From an archaeon (GTDB lineage: Archaea; Nanobdellota; Nanobdellia; Pacearchaeales; GW2011-AR1), in assembly GCA_043810775.1 (NCBI GenBank), contig JBDRNU010000022.1:1-26604 (forward strand): a DNA stretch of 26,604 bases. Direction: 5' to 3'. Numbering within the stretch: the stretch's first letter is position 1; each line of letters opens with the position of its first letter. Positions 7,421 through 15,575 of the stretch are shown in pieces. The notes below the pieces were generated by a model. That model saw nothing but the letters and a program-made list of their open reading frames with translations. It ran no database searches and was not told the DNA's origin. The translations under genes and the position numbers were made by a program.

Positions 7421-8472
7421 TGGACTAGTGACTTTATTTTATCTACCAGCTCTGGTTGAATATAGTGATGAATAGTAACATTATAATTTTCTTCCCAGGT
7501 ATGATCTTTTTTATTAAATCGCCTATGACCTAGTTTTTCTGCAATTGACAGGAAAAGCTCCTGAACTTGCTGTTTTGATGCTGATTTATGGGAAGATATG
7601 AATTCTTTAGCTTTTTTAGTGGCATAATATGAGCGGACTATGTGGGGATAAAATTCTTTTCCACAGCATTTTAAAAATTCTTCCTTGAACTGCTTGTCTT
7701 GAAGTGGATGATGTGTTAAGGGGTTGGTAAATACGAACTCTGATTTTTTCAGAGGTTTTAGAGTTTCTTTTAGTCTTTTTATGTACAATGGATGGAATTT
7801 TGAGGTTGTTTTTATTGGAACTCCGTCTTTTGCCAGATAGTTAAAAGTAACTTCCTGACCTTTAATTGAAATGTCATTTTTCTTTAAAGTAGTAAGACCT
7901 TTATGTTTATGCTGCTTGTAATAAATTTCGTTTCCCACCCTCATATAGGTTTTAAGCAGGGTGTACATTGGGAGAGCCATGTTATCTTCTTTATCGCTGA
8001 GGGAAGATGTGATTTTTTTTGTAAGTAGTGGATAGGATTTTTCAAATTCTTTTACTGCCTGATATTTTTTAATTATGTAAGATTTTCTTTTTTCTAGAGT
8101 GTATAGATATGCAAACTTACCATTTGGATTTTGATAAATTAGGTCCCAGTGGCTATGGGAAGATTCATCATGGATAGTCAGGTTTTTTGCAAATAAAGAA
8201 TAGGCTTTGTCAAGAACTTGGCCGTCTGGAAGGATATTTATTCTAGAACCCTGACATTTGCCTTCTGGAGAGAGCTGTCCTTTTATGAATTTAGGGTTTT
8301 TTTTATCCAATAGTAACTTGAAATTCTTGTGAGCTTTGAATAGTTTTATAACTTGCATTGCTTGTGGAAGAGTTTTAGAAGATTTTTTCCAAGAATTTTT
8401 AGTTTTCTCGTATACTTGAAGGTCTTTGGATATTCTTAGAGTTCCTAGACTTGTTTTTTCCTGAGTTTTCAT
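7417..8472 (-). CDS. DNA topoisomerase IB (short pox/bacterial-type)
   Basis: Core motifs YMRVGNEIY, KGLTTLKK, FNYLAKDGV, PHIVRSYYATK, LGHRRF and C-terminal TIHHYIQP (candidate catalytic Tyr). The 351-aa length fits the small TopIB group. Confidence 0.75.
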   Translation of the reverse strand: MKTQEKTSLGTLRISKDLQVYEKTKNSWKKSSKTLPQAMQVIKLFKAHKNFKLLLDKKNPKFIKGQLSPEGKCQGSRINILPDGQVLDKAYSLFAKNLTIHDESSHSHWDLIYQNPNGKFAYLYTLEKRKSYIIKKYQAVKEFEKSYPLLTKKITSSLSDKEDNMALPMYTLLKTYMRVGNEIYYKQHKHKGLTTLKKNDISIKGQEVTFNYLAKDGVPIKTTSKFHPLYIKRLKETLKPLKKSEFVFTNPLTHHPLQDKQFKEEFLKCCGKEFYPHIVRSYYATKKAKEFISSHKSASKQQVQELFLSIAEKLGHRRFNKKDHTWEENYNVTIHHYIQPELVDKIKSLVQ

Positions 8473-8508
8473 TAATTCAAGAATAATACAGAGTATTAAA
8501 ATATTGCT

Positions 8509-8907
8509 TTAGTTTTTAGAAGCAAGAATTTCCTGCAAGCCTGAAGTGGCGTATTCTATTAGCTCTTTTTCTTGTAAAGAAATATTATTTTTAGCAATAT
8601 ATGCTTCTAAATCTTGCACCAGTCTTGGAAGAACATGCGGAGCCCTGCAATGGACAAATCTTAGGCAATTGTATACTGGCTTGCCTTGACTAACCCTAAA
8701 GTTTGCAATTTCTGTCTGCATTTCCCCTAGCTCAGGCTTTTCAACAATTCTTCCTATTGGAAGAGGATTTGTGCATTTTGAAAGTTTATGCTGCAAGCAG
8801 TCCAGAGCTACATCTACATCTTCTTGCAGTATCTTGCGCTGATATTCCAGAGTAATTTCAAGCACTGGAAATTCCAGTTCTATTTTTGACGAGTATTTTT
8901 CTGCCAT
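8509..8907 (-). CDS. Hypothetical protein, 132 aa (the track version starts at a TTG at 8919)
   Basis: The ATG at 8907 lies 1 nt after the TAA of the upstream gene (TAAaATG), which suggests coupling. No domain recognised. Confidence 0.6.
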   Translation of the reverse strand: MAEKYSSKIELEFPVLEITLEYQRKILQEDVDVALDCLQHKLSKCTNPLPIGRIVEKPELGEMQTEIANFRVSQGKPVYNCLRFVHCRAPHVLPRLVQDLEAYIAKNNISLQEKELIEYATSGLQEILASKN

Positions 8908-8908
8908 T

Positions 8909-9754
8909 TTATTTTTCAAATTCTTTTTCTGACTTATTTTTTACTACTCCATAAAAAAAAGGTCTAATTGAAGAATCCATTGTTACATATTCAAGCTTTT
9001 CTAATTCAGTTTCAAGACAAACTTGCACCAACATGGCTTCTGGAGGGTTTTTAGGGAATGAACCAAGAAAGTAATAGTTACTCCAAAAATCAAATTCTTT
9101 TTTTCTACTGGAATAATATTGTTTAATATCAAACTTGGGATTAAGGTCACATTCTTTTCTTTTTAAAATTTTTTCAAGATTTTTACTATCATCAAAATGC
9201 TCCAAGGCTTTACCAAAACTTTCAGTAGCTAAAGCTTTCTGAGGGATAAAACTGATATCATTGTAACCTTCTTCAAAACCATTTCTTAATACATAAACTC
9301 CTTCTTTTAGTTCAGAATTTAATTTAATCTTAGATATTGTTTTTTTAATTTCATCAATGCCTTTACCAATAATTTTTTTTGGAGGGTTTATTAAAGTGCC
9401 TTTATCAGTTACTAATGCCAGACCCAATCCAAAGCGGTGGGATGTTAAGGAAGATGGAGCCCAGTCAAGATTACATGAGGAAAATTCCCCTCTAATTGCA
9501 GAAAGAAATGACAAAGATTCAGGAGTTGTAGGAACCCTATAATCTTCATGCTCAAACTTTTTTAGATTATATACAAATAATTTCCTACGAAATATTAGTG
9601 GAGCTCCATTATGCACTACCTGTACATGAGGAATTAGTTTATCAAATTCAATGAGAGCCATATCTCCTTCAAAGTAGTTGCCAATTTCACTTAATCCCAT
9701 TCTCTGTTTGGTTCTAAGGTAAACTATTTCATATTCTTGTTCTTGTTCTGCCAT
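8909..9754 (-). CDS. Hypothetical protein, 281 aa; first gene of the topoisomerase IB operon
   Basis: ATG start and long ORF, co-directional and tightly packed with the three downstream genes. No domain recognised. Confidence 0.65.
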   Translation of the reverse strand: MAEQEQEYEIVYLRTKQRMGLSEIGNYFEGDMALIEFDKLIPHVQVVHNGAPLIFRRKLFVYNLKKFEHEDYRVPTTPESLSFLSAIRGEFSSCNLDWAPSSLTSHRFGLGLALVTDKGTLINPPKKIIGKGIDEIKKTISKIKLNSELKEGVYVLRNGFEEGYNDISFIPQKALATESFGKALEHFDDSKNLEKILKRKECDLNPKFDIKQYYSSRKKEFDFWSNYYFLGSFPKNPPEAMLVQVCLETELEKLEYVTMDSSIRPFFYGVVKNKSEKEFEK

Positions 9755-9855
9755 ACCTCACCTAAATACCTCTAGTAATTAAACTTTTATAGCTAATTTC
9801 TTGTAAAATAGAAATATTTATAAGCTATATATTCTAGTATACAATATTGATAAAA

Positions 9856-10794
9856 ATGAATAAAACAGACGAAAAACTAATAGCTGAACTTGACAAGAAT
9901 CCCAGAATTGCAATTTCCAGACTAGCCAGGAAGCTGAGAATTTCACAGCAGGTAGCTGACTATAGACTGAAGAAACTTCAGAAGCAGGAAGTAATTTCCA
10001 AGCTTGGAGCAATAATTAATCTCAAGTCTCTTGGATTAGAGCATTATAGGGTATTTTTTTCTTTTAACTCGAGAAAGGAGTATTCAGATGAAAAGATTTT
10101 CAGCTATCTGAAAAATAAGAAAGGAGTTTATTGGGGGGCGAGGATTGGGGGCAGGTATGACCTGCATCTAGCATTGCTAGTTAAGGATTTTCAGGAGTTA
10201 GATGAGTTTATTGATGATTTTAATTCTAGCTTTCCAGGGCTGATTAAAGATTATACCAGCTGTTATTCAATTGAGCATATAATATTTAGACATAAGTATC
10301 TTAGCAAGGATTATTCTGAAATAAGCTATGGGTATAATGATAGGCTAAAGAAAACTGACAAACTTGACAGAGAAATACTTGAAAAACTAAAAGATAATTG
10401 CAGGATTTCATCGCTAGAGCTGGCTAAAGGCAAGAATATATCTTATAAAACTATTATAAACAGGATAAAGAGTCTTGAGAAAAACAAAATAATCCTAGGA
10501 TATAGATTATTTATTAAATCACAAGAAAAAAAGCCGTTTATTATACTTTTCTCGTTTAAGGATTATTCTAAGAAAGAGGAAAAAAATCTTATTTCATATC
10601 TTAGCAGAACAGACAGCACTACACAGCTGATAAGGTTATTTGGAAGCTGGAATTTATTTATTCATGCCAGGATTGAAGATAATGAAAAGCTGCAGAAACT
10701 AATAATTGATTTAAGAGATAAATTTGAGATAATTGATAATTTTGAAATTATCCCTGTATTTGAGGATATTGCTATTAATTTGTTTCCTGAATAA
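9856..10794 (+). CDS. Lrp/AsnC-family transcriptional regulator, tandem (double-length) form
   Basis: Two wHTH segments (EKLIAELDKNPRIAISRLARKLRISQQVADYRLKKL and ILEKLKDNCRISSLELAKGKNISYKTIINRIKSL), each followed by a roughly 80-aa RAM-like region. The ATG at 9856 is preferred over the TTG at 9847. Confidence 0.75.
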   Translation: MNKTDEKLIAELDKNPRIAISRLARKLRISQQVADYRLKKLQKQEVISKLGAIINLKSLGLEHYRVFFSFNSRKEYSDEKIFSYLKNKKGVYWGARIGGRYDLHLALLVKDFQELDEFIDDFNSSFPGLIKDYTSCYSIEHIIFRHKYLSKDYSEISYGYNDRLKKTDKLDREILEKLKDNCRISSLELAKGKNISYKTIINRIKSLEKNKIILGYRLFIKSQEKKPFIILFSFKDYSKKEEKNLISYLSRTDSTTQLIRLFGSWNLFIHARIEDNEKLQKLIIDLRDKFEIIDNFEIIPVFEDIAINLFPE

Positions 10795-10795
10795 G

Positions 10796-10891
10796 CTACC
10801 TTATCTTAACAAATGAGCGGAATACAAAATATACTATTGCTCCAATTGACCAGCATATTGGGCAGAAAATTAAATTCCCTCTTTTCTCCAT
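10796..10891 (-). CDS. Possible micro-ORF, 31 aa, hydrophobic (not in the track)
   Basis: Hand translation: MEKRGNLIFCPICWSIGAIVYFVFRSFVKIR*. The ATG lies 1 nt after the TAA of the upstream gene and is preceded by GGAGGAGG. Confidence 0.35.
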   Translation of the reverse strand: MEKRGNLIFCPICWSIGAIVYFVFRSFVKIR

Positions 10892-10892
10892 A

Positions 10893-11408
10893 TTAACCTC
10901 CTCCTTGGTCCTCCCTAGTCATATTTCTGAAATCACTTAACTTTATTCCCCCACATGCTATCAAACGATTATTTGCTTCTTCAACATCTACACCAAATCT
11001 TACAGCATATGCTTCTGGAGAAATATAATCACTACATTCATCACCATCAGGTGCTCCCACTTCATAACTTCTTTGCATAGGAGTACTAGTAGTTTGAATT
11101 TCAAGATTTTGAGCTCTGGCATAAAAAGAGTCTTCTCTCAATTTATCTGTAGCTTTAAGAATGCCTGCAACTACACCACCTAATCCTGTAATTGCATAAG
11201 AGGCAATAGCACCTGTAAGAATAGGACCTAAATTATGAGATTCGAAAAAATTTTGAAAATGAGGGTAAACCCATACTTTAGATATGATTACAGCAGGTAC
11301 AACCACGGCTGTTCCATAGTAAGCTGAAAATAAAATTCCCATCCCAATACTATTTCCAACTATTTTAGCTATGTTTTCTAAATTATATTTAATAGGAATA
11401 TCACCCAT
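10893..11408 (-). CDS. Membrane protein, 171 aa, with soluble acidic C-terminal half
   Basis: Three hydrophobic segments in the first roughly 85 aa. ATG start, with GTTTAAATTT about 28 nt upstream on the minus strand. Confidence 0.65.
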   Translation of the reverse strand: MGDIPIKYNLENIAKIVGNSIGMGILFSAYYGTAVVVPAVIISKVWVYPHFQNFFESHNLGPILTGAIASYAITGLGGVVAGILKATDKLREDSFYARAQNLEIQTTSTPMQRSYEVGAPDGDECSDYISPEAYAVRFGVDVEEANNRLIACGGIKLSDFRNMTREDQGGG

Positions 11409-11520
11409 ATCCTAACTTAGAATTTAGTAAATTTAAACTTTACTGTAAGGCTCTTGTAGCCCTGATTATTTTCTTGGGATTTAGAGTTAAGTTTAAATAT
11501 AGATTATTATAAAAAGAATT

Positions 11521-11898
11521 ATGGAATATTTGCTTGTTGATGATGATAAAAATGATATAGCTATGGTGAGGCCCAGACTAGAACATTTAGGGTTTAATGT
11601 TTCTGTCCGCATGATTGTTGATTTTGATGGGTTAAATAAGCTGAATAAAGAAAGAAAGCCAGAAGTAATCCAACTTGATGGGTTAGATGGTAAATGCTTT
11701 GAATTATATGATATATTTAAATCAGGGAATCCTGAATCAAATATTTTCATTTGTTCTGGAGATGATGATATTGGAAGAAAATCCAAAGAAATGAATATAC
11801 ATTTTATACATAAGGGTATGAATTATGTTGATGATATTGTGGATTATGTAACTCCTTTTATTGAAAAAAAGAGGGCTTTAAACGGGCAGGCAGTCTAA
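11521..11898 (+). CDS. Stand-alone CheY-like receiver domain protein
   Basis: LLVDDD acidic pocket, candidate phospho-acceptor in VIQLDGLDG, S in IFICSGDD and K in FIHKG at receiver-like spacing. Confidence 0.6.
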   Translation: MEYLLVDDDKNDIAMVRPRLEHLGFNVSVRMIVDFDGLNKLNKERKPEVIQLDGLDGKCFELYDIFKSGNPESNIFICSGDDDIGRKSKEMNIHFIHKGMNYVDDIVDYVTPFIEKKRALNGQAV

Positions 11899-11906
11899 GA
11901 AATAAC

Positions 11907-12410
11907 TTAGTCCATAAAAGTCTCTGAAAACCTATAGTTTCCATTGCCAAAAGCCAGCTCGCTGGCTCTGTCATATATTTCTGGCTTTAATTCAAATCCA
12001 GATTTTATGCTTCTTAGTATTACTGGAGAGGCTCTTATCTGCCTCCCAACCCATTCTGCAATTCTATTATTAATTATTTCCTCATGAGAGTGCATGCTAG
12101 TTATATGGTCGGGCAGAAAATCATAAACTGCGTGCACTACCTCGTGGCATAACTCCTTATCAGTTGTATAAGAATCTGCGTCATATACTAGGGTTATTAA
12201 TTTAGAATCAGGCAGGCAGTGAGATGAGGCGAGGGGAAAGACAAACCATCCAGAGTCTACTAATCCTCTTACTGATTTTGCAGTTATTGGCTCTGTAATT
12301 ATCTTATATAGCTTTTCCATATGAGGAGTCCTATGCAGTTTAGAAATTTCAAGCTGTAATTCAGCCCAGCTCATCTTCCAGCTTCCCTTATAATTCCCTG
12401 AATTTTCCAT
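11907..12410 (-). CDS. HExxH metallopeptidase-like protein (the track version starts at a TTG at 12458)
   Basis: Contains ELCHEVVHAVYDF. The ATG at 12410 has ATTTATAAAC about 25-30 nt upstream on the minus strand, and the longer TTG version would translate that box. Confidence 0.55.
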   Translation of the reverse strand: MENSGNYKGSWKMSWAELQLEISKLHRTPHMEKLYKIITEPITAKSVRGLVDSGWFVFPLASSHCLPDSKLITLVYDADSYTTDKELCHEVVHAVYDFLPDHITSMHSHEEIINNRIAEWVGRQIRASPVILRSIKSGFELKPEIYDRASELAFGNGNYRFSETFMD

Positions 12411-12464
12411 TAATTTTTGCAGATTTAGGAGTTTATAAATTTTAGTTAAAATCAGCAATATAAA

Positions 12465-12482
12465 CGAAAAGATTATAAATAT
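12465..12482 (+). promoter_or_regulatory. BRE/TATA-like promoter
   Basis: CGAAAAGATTATAAATAT ends about 20 nt before the ATG at 12502. Confidence 0.45.
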
Positions 12483-12501
12483 ATTATTTACTATATGTTA
12501 A

Positions 12502-13500
12502 ATGTTAGAAGAAAAACTACAGCCTATTCTTACAATATTAAGAGCAGATGAAAGAGATTTTGAGAGAGAGTATGAAATTATTAAAAACTGGTTTCAAGAG
12601 CATAAAGAAAATTTAGCTGATAATTTGTCAGATTTAACATTTTTATGTGAATTGCCAAATGAGGATAGATACCTTTTAACTTATCCTGTTATTGGAAATT
12701 GGGTTTTAGAGCAAATGAAAGCATTTGAGCCCCAGACAGAACATCAGAAAAAAGTATATGAATTAATGAAGAAGGTAGTTGCAGAAACTAGATTTAATAA
12801 CCATCATATGAAGAATATTTATGATGACCCTATTGCATTTACAAGAATGAAAGATGAGCTATGTACTACAATGCTTTCAAATCCTGAAGAATCTATGCCT
12901 ATTCATAAATTCATGCGTGAAATTGAAGAAAGAGTAGATAGTTTAATAGTGGATGAAACCTTGCCTATCAAAGAGACATACACAACTGATTTAGGCCATG
13001 GACTGCTTTCTCCAGTGTCAGGTTTAACATATTATGTTGCAAGACCATTTGAGAGACTAGTTAAAAATAATAGAGCTGGGTCAATTGGACTGACAATAAT
13101 GGTTGTGGATGATGAAAATCCTGAAGAATGGTATAATAGATTGCTGTCAGCAGGGTTTGAAGAAATAAAGGGACAACAAGGGATATTTTATGATTGTGAA
13201 ACTGCTCTTGAAGCACTTGAAAGAGGAAGATATGATGTTATACTAACTGATTTGGAATTGGGGGAAGGAAAGATGGATGGAATTACTTTTGTTGAAAAGG
13301 CGTATGAAGTTCAAATAAAAAAAGGCATTAAACCAGCAATTTCAGTTTTTTCTTTTAATAAAGAAAAACTAAGTGAAGCAGATGACAGATTACGTAAGAG
13401 CAAAGGTGAGCAAAAAGTTTTTCATCAGGTGGATTATAATTATAAAAGCAGGTGGACAGCAACTGGTTTTAAAGAAGCTGTAATAAATGCTTTGAGATAG
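12502..13500 (+). CDS. Protein with an unknown N-terminal domain (about 195 aa) and a C-terminal receiver domain
   Basis: The C-terminal part (TIMVVDDENPEEW ... YDVILTDLELGEGKMDGITFVEK ... PAISVFSFN) follows the CheY pattern. The N-terminal part is unrecognised. Confidence 0.65.
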   Translation: MLEEKLQPILTILRADERDFEREYEIIKNWFQEHKENLADNLSDLTFLCELPNEDRYLLTYPVIGNWVLEQMKAFEPQTEHQKKVYELMKKVVAETRFNNHHMKNIYDDPIAFTRMKDELCTTMLSNPEESMPIHKFMREIEERVDSLIVDETLPIKETYTTDLGHGLLSPVSGLTYYVARPFERLVKNNRAGSIGLTIMVVDDENPEEWYNRLLSAGFEEIKGQQGIFYDCETALEALERGRYDVILTDLELGEGKMDGITFVEKAYEVQIKKGIKPAISVFSFNKEKLSEADDRLRKSKGEQKVFHQVDYNYKSRWTATGFKEAVINALR

Positions 13501-13579
13501 TTCTTAGCAGTGAGATTATATTATAACTAAAAAATTCAATAAAAGAAATGTTAATAAACTGAAAATACTATTTTCTTTT

Positions 13580-14749
13580 ATGAGTATTGAATTATTAGCT
13601 CCTGTGGGAAATTTTAAGTGCTTAAATGCAGCAATTAAAGCTGGCTGTGATGCTGTATATTTTGGGCTGCAAGACTTTAATATGAGGGACAATGCACAGA
13701 ATTTCAGCTTAAAAGATTTAGATAAGTTAAGCAAGATTTGCAGGGAAAATAAAATCAGGGCTTACCTTACTTTAAATACTATTATTTTTGATTCTGAATT
13801 AAAGAAAATTGAGAGGATTATTAAAAAAGTCAGGGGAAAGATAGATGCAATTATATGCTGGGACCTTGCTGTCATAAGCCTGTGCAAGAAGTATAAGATT
13901 CCGTTTCATATTTCTACCCAGGCATCAATTGCAAATTCTAAAGCAGCTGAATTTTACAAGAAGCTTGGAGCTGAAAGAGTGATTCTTGCTAGAGAGCTTG
14001 ACTTAAAGCAGATAAAGAAGGTTTCTAAGATACTGCCAGTTGAGATTTTTATTCACGGGGCAATGTGCCTAGCTATTAGCGGGAGATGCTTAACTTCCCA
14101 GTTTTTGAACAAAAAGAGCGCTAATAGAGGCAGATGCACGCATCCGTGCAGGAAATCTTATATTGTAAGAGATGAAGAAGGCAGGGAGCTGAAAGTTGAG
14201 AATAATAAGATTTTTTCAGCTAAAGATTTATGCACTTTGCCTTTTATTGAAAAGCTAAAGAAATCTGGAGCTAGAGGATTTAAAATTGAGGGAAGAAGCA
14301 GAGAGCCTGAATATGTTTATGCAGTTACAAGAGCTTACAGGAAGGCTTTAGATAAAAAACTAAATCAAAAAGAGATTAATAAGCTTACAGAAGAGCTAAG
14401 GGAAGTTTATAACAGGGGTTTTTCAGAAGGATTTTATTTTTGCGCGCCCACAAGTGATGATTTATCAAGGAAGGATCATGGAGAGGCTAAGAAGACTAAG
14501 AAGTTTATTGGCAAGGTATTTAATTACTGGAAAAAACAGGGGGTGGCGGGGGTAAAGCTTAGTGCTGGAAAGTTAAAGATAGGGGATGAAATTATAGTTG
14601 TAGGAGAGAATACTTTTTTTAAGACTAAAATTAAAAGTATGGAAAAAGAGCATAAAAAAGTAAAAATAGCTGAAAAGGGTGGAAAGGTTGGAATTAGGGT
14701 GGGGAAGTGCAGAGGTGGTGATGAGGTTTATCTTGTAGTGGGGAAGTAA
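13580..14749 (+). CDS. Peptidase U32 family protein
   Basis: N-terminus ELLAPVGNFKCLNAAIKAGCDAVYFG. EIFIHGAMCLAISGRCLTS nearly matches the U32 signature E-x-F-x2-G-[SA]-[LIVM]-C-x4-G-x-C. Confidence 0.85.
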   Translation: MSIELLAPVGNFKCLNAAIKAGCDAVYFGLQDFNMRDNAQNFSLKDLDKLSKICRENKIRAYLTLNTIIFDSELKKIERIIKKVRGKIDAIICWDLAVISLCKKYKIPFHISTQASIANSKAAEFYKKLGAERVILARELDLKQIKKVSKILPVEIFIHGAMCLAISGRCLTSQFLNKKSANRGRCTHPCRKSYIVRDEEGRELKVENNKIFSAKDLCTLPFIEKLKKSGARGFKIEGRSREPEYVYAVTRAYRKALDKKLNQKEINKLTEELREVYNRGFSEGFYFCAPTSDDLSRKDHGEAKKTKKFIGKVFNYWKKQGVAGVKLSAGKLKIGDEIIVVGENTFFKTKIKSMEKEHKKVKIAEKGGKVGIRVGKCRGGDEVYLVVGK

Positions 14750-14886
14750 AGCTCTCGCTGATTAAGGTAGATCATGACTAGAGCTCCGATTATAAACAGC
14801 CAGTCTACTAGATAAGTTAAAGCCAGAAACCCCAAGGCAATTAGGGAATATACTATTACTTTATAATTTATTTTTTTCTTTTTCAT
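14728..14886 (-). CDS. Possible small two-TM membrane protein, 52 aa (not in the track)
   Basis: Hand translation: MKKKKINYKVIVYSLIALGFLALTYLVDWLFIIGALVMIYLNQRELYFPTTR*. The ATG overlaps, as ATGA, the stop of an 8-codon relic MNWRKYKI*. Its 3' end overlaps the convergent U32 gene by 22 nt. Confidence 0.4.
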   Translation of the reverse strand: MKKKKINYKVIVYSLIALGFLALTYLVDWLFIIGALVMIYLNQRELYFPTTR

Positions 14887-14909
14887 ATTTTATATTTTCT
14901 CCAGTTCAT
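14885..14909. repeat. 25-nt exact direct repeat, copy 1
   Basis: ATATTTTATATTTTCTCCAGTTCAT is identical to 15578-15602. On the minus strand it encodes MNWRKYKI. Confidence 0.9.
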
Positions 14910-14937
14910 ACTTGAAGTTTTATTCTTTTCTGCATCT

Positions 14938-15483
14938 TTAATTAAAGAAAGTGTTAAGAATCTCTTTTGTAATTTCTAGAGATTTATCACAAAAATTCTT
15001 TAAATTTCTTGAAGAGCTGTTTTTAAAGTAAACATTTTCAACTATCTTATCTTTGTTTCTAACAGAACGCACTGCTGGAACAAAATCACCATCTCCTGAT
15101 ACTAAAATTGCAATATCAAAATTATTATCACAAGCATTCTCCACCATATCAACAGCCATATTTATGTCATCTTCTTTTATAATATAATAAAATTTATTTG
15201 TTCCGGTTATATTTCTTTTTAATAATTTACATAGGACAAGGTGAAAATTAGGTATTTGCTTTAATTTCTCAAAAAATTCTTTTTGACTTTTGTATTTTTT
15301 AGGATTACGCTCTATGTCAAGAAGGGCATTGTAGTAATAGATTGCAACAACTTTATTTTTACCAGCTAAAAATTGAGCAAATTTTTCAAAATTAAACTTC
15401 TTTAAGCTTTTATTCTGACCGTATAATTTCCTTAAACCAAAATAAAAATTATTTCCATCAATAAAAACAGCAACTCTTTTCAT
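14938..15483 (-). CDS. NYN/LabA-like domain protein (predicted RNase)
   Basis: N-terminal RVAVFIDGNNFYFGL and ILVSGDGDFVPAVRSVR match the NYN/LabA acidic motifs. Confidence 0.8.
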   Translation of the reverse strand: MKRVAVFIDGNNFYFGLRKLYGQNKSLKKFNFEKFAQFLAGKNKVVAIYYYNALLDIERNPKKYKSQKEFFEKLKQIPNFHLVLCKLLKRNITGTNKFYYIIKEDDINMAVDMVENACDNNFDIAILVSGDGDFVPAVRSVRNKDKIVENVYFKNSSSRNLKNFCDKSLEITKEILNTFFN

Positions 15484-15490
15484 ATGAAAT

Positions 15491-15519
15491 GCCCATCCCT
15501 TGCCGAAGCAAGGATGAGC
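15491..15519 (-). promoter_or_regulatory. 5'-proximal stem-loop with a UUCG tetraloop, upstream of the NYN gene
   Basis: The minus strand reads GCUCAUCCUUGC-UUCG-GCAAGGGAUGGGC: 6 bp closed by C(UUCG)G, extended by further pairs past a 1-nt bulge. It ends 7 nt before the ATG. Confidence 0.45.
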
Positions 15520-15575
15520 GTATATGATTATTTCAGGCAGTTGAAGTTTAAAAGTCTTTTGTTGTGTAAATTTTA

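Noticed and set aside
8909-8919. 11-nt overlap between the 281-aa and 136-aa ORFs, as given by the track
   Set aside because: The track start at 8919 is a TTG. An ATG at 8907 gives a 1-nt intergenic junction, which is the more usual coupling geometry.
9357-10012. ORFs 9357..9542 (+) and 9818..10012 (-)
   Set aside because: They are antisense to the 281-aa gene and to the Lrp gene and its promoter, with no independent support.
11493-11786. 97-aa minus-strand ORF
   Set aside because: It is antisense to the receiver-domain gene, which has clear CheY-like motifs.
13516-13734. 72-aa minus-strand ORF
   Set aside because: It overlaps the start of the U32 peptidase gene on the opposite strand, and the U32 motifs are unambiguous.
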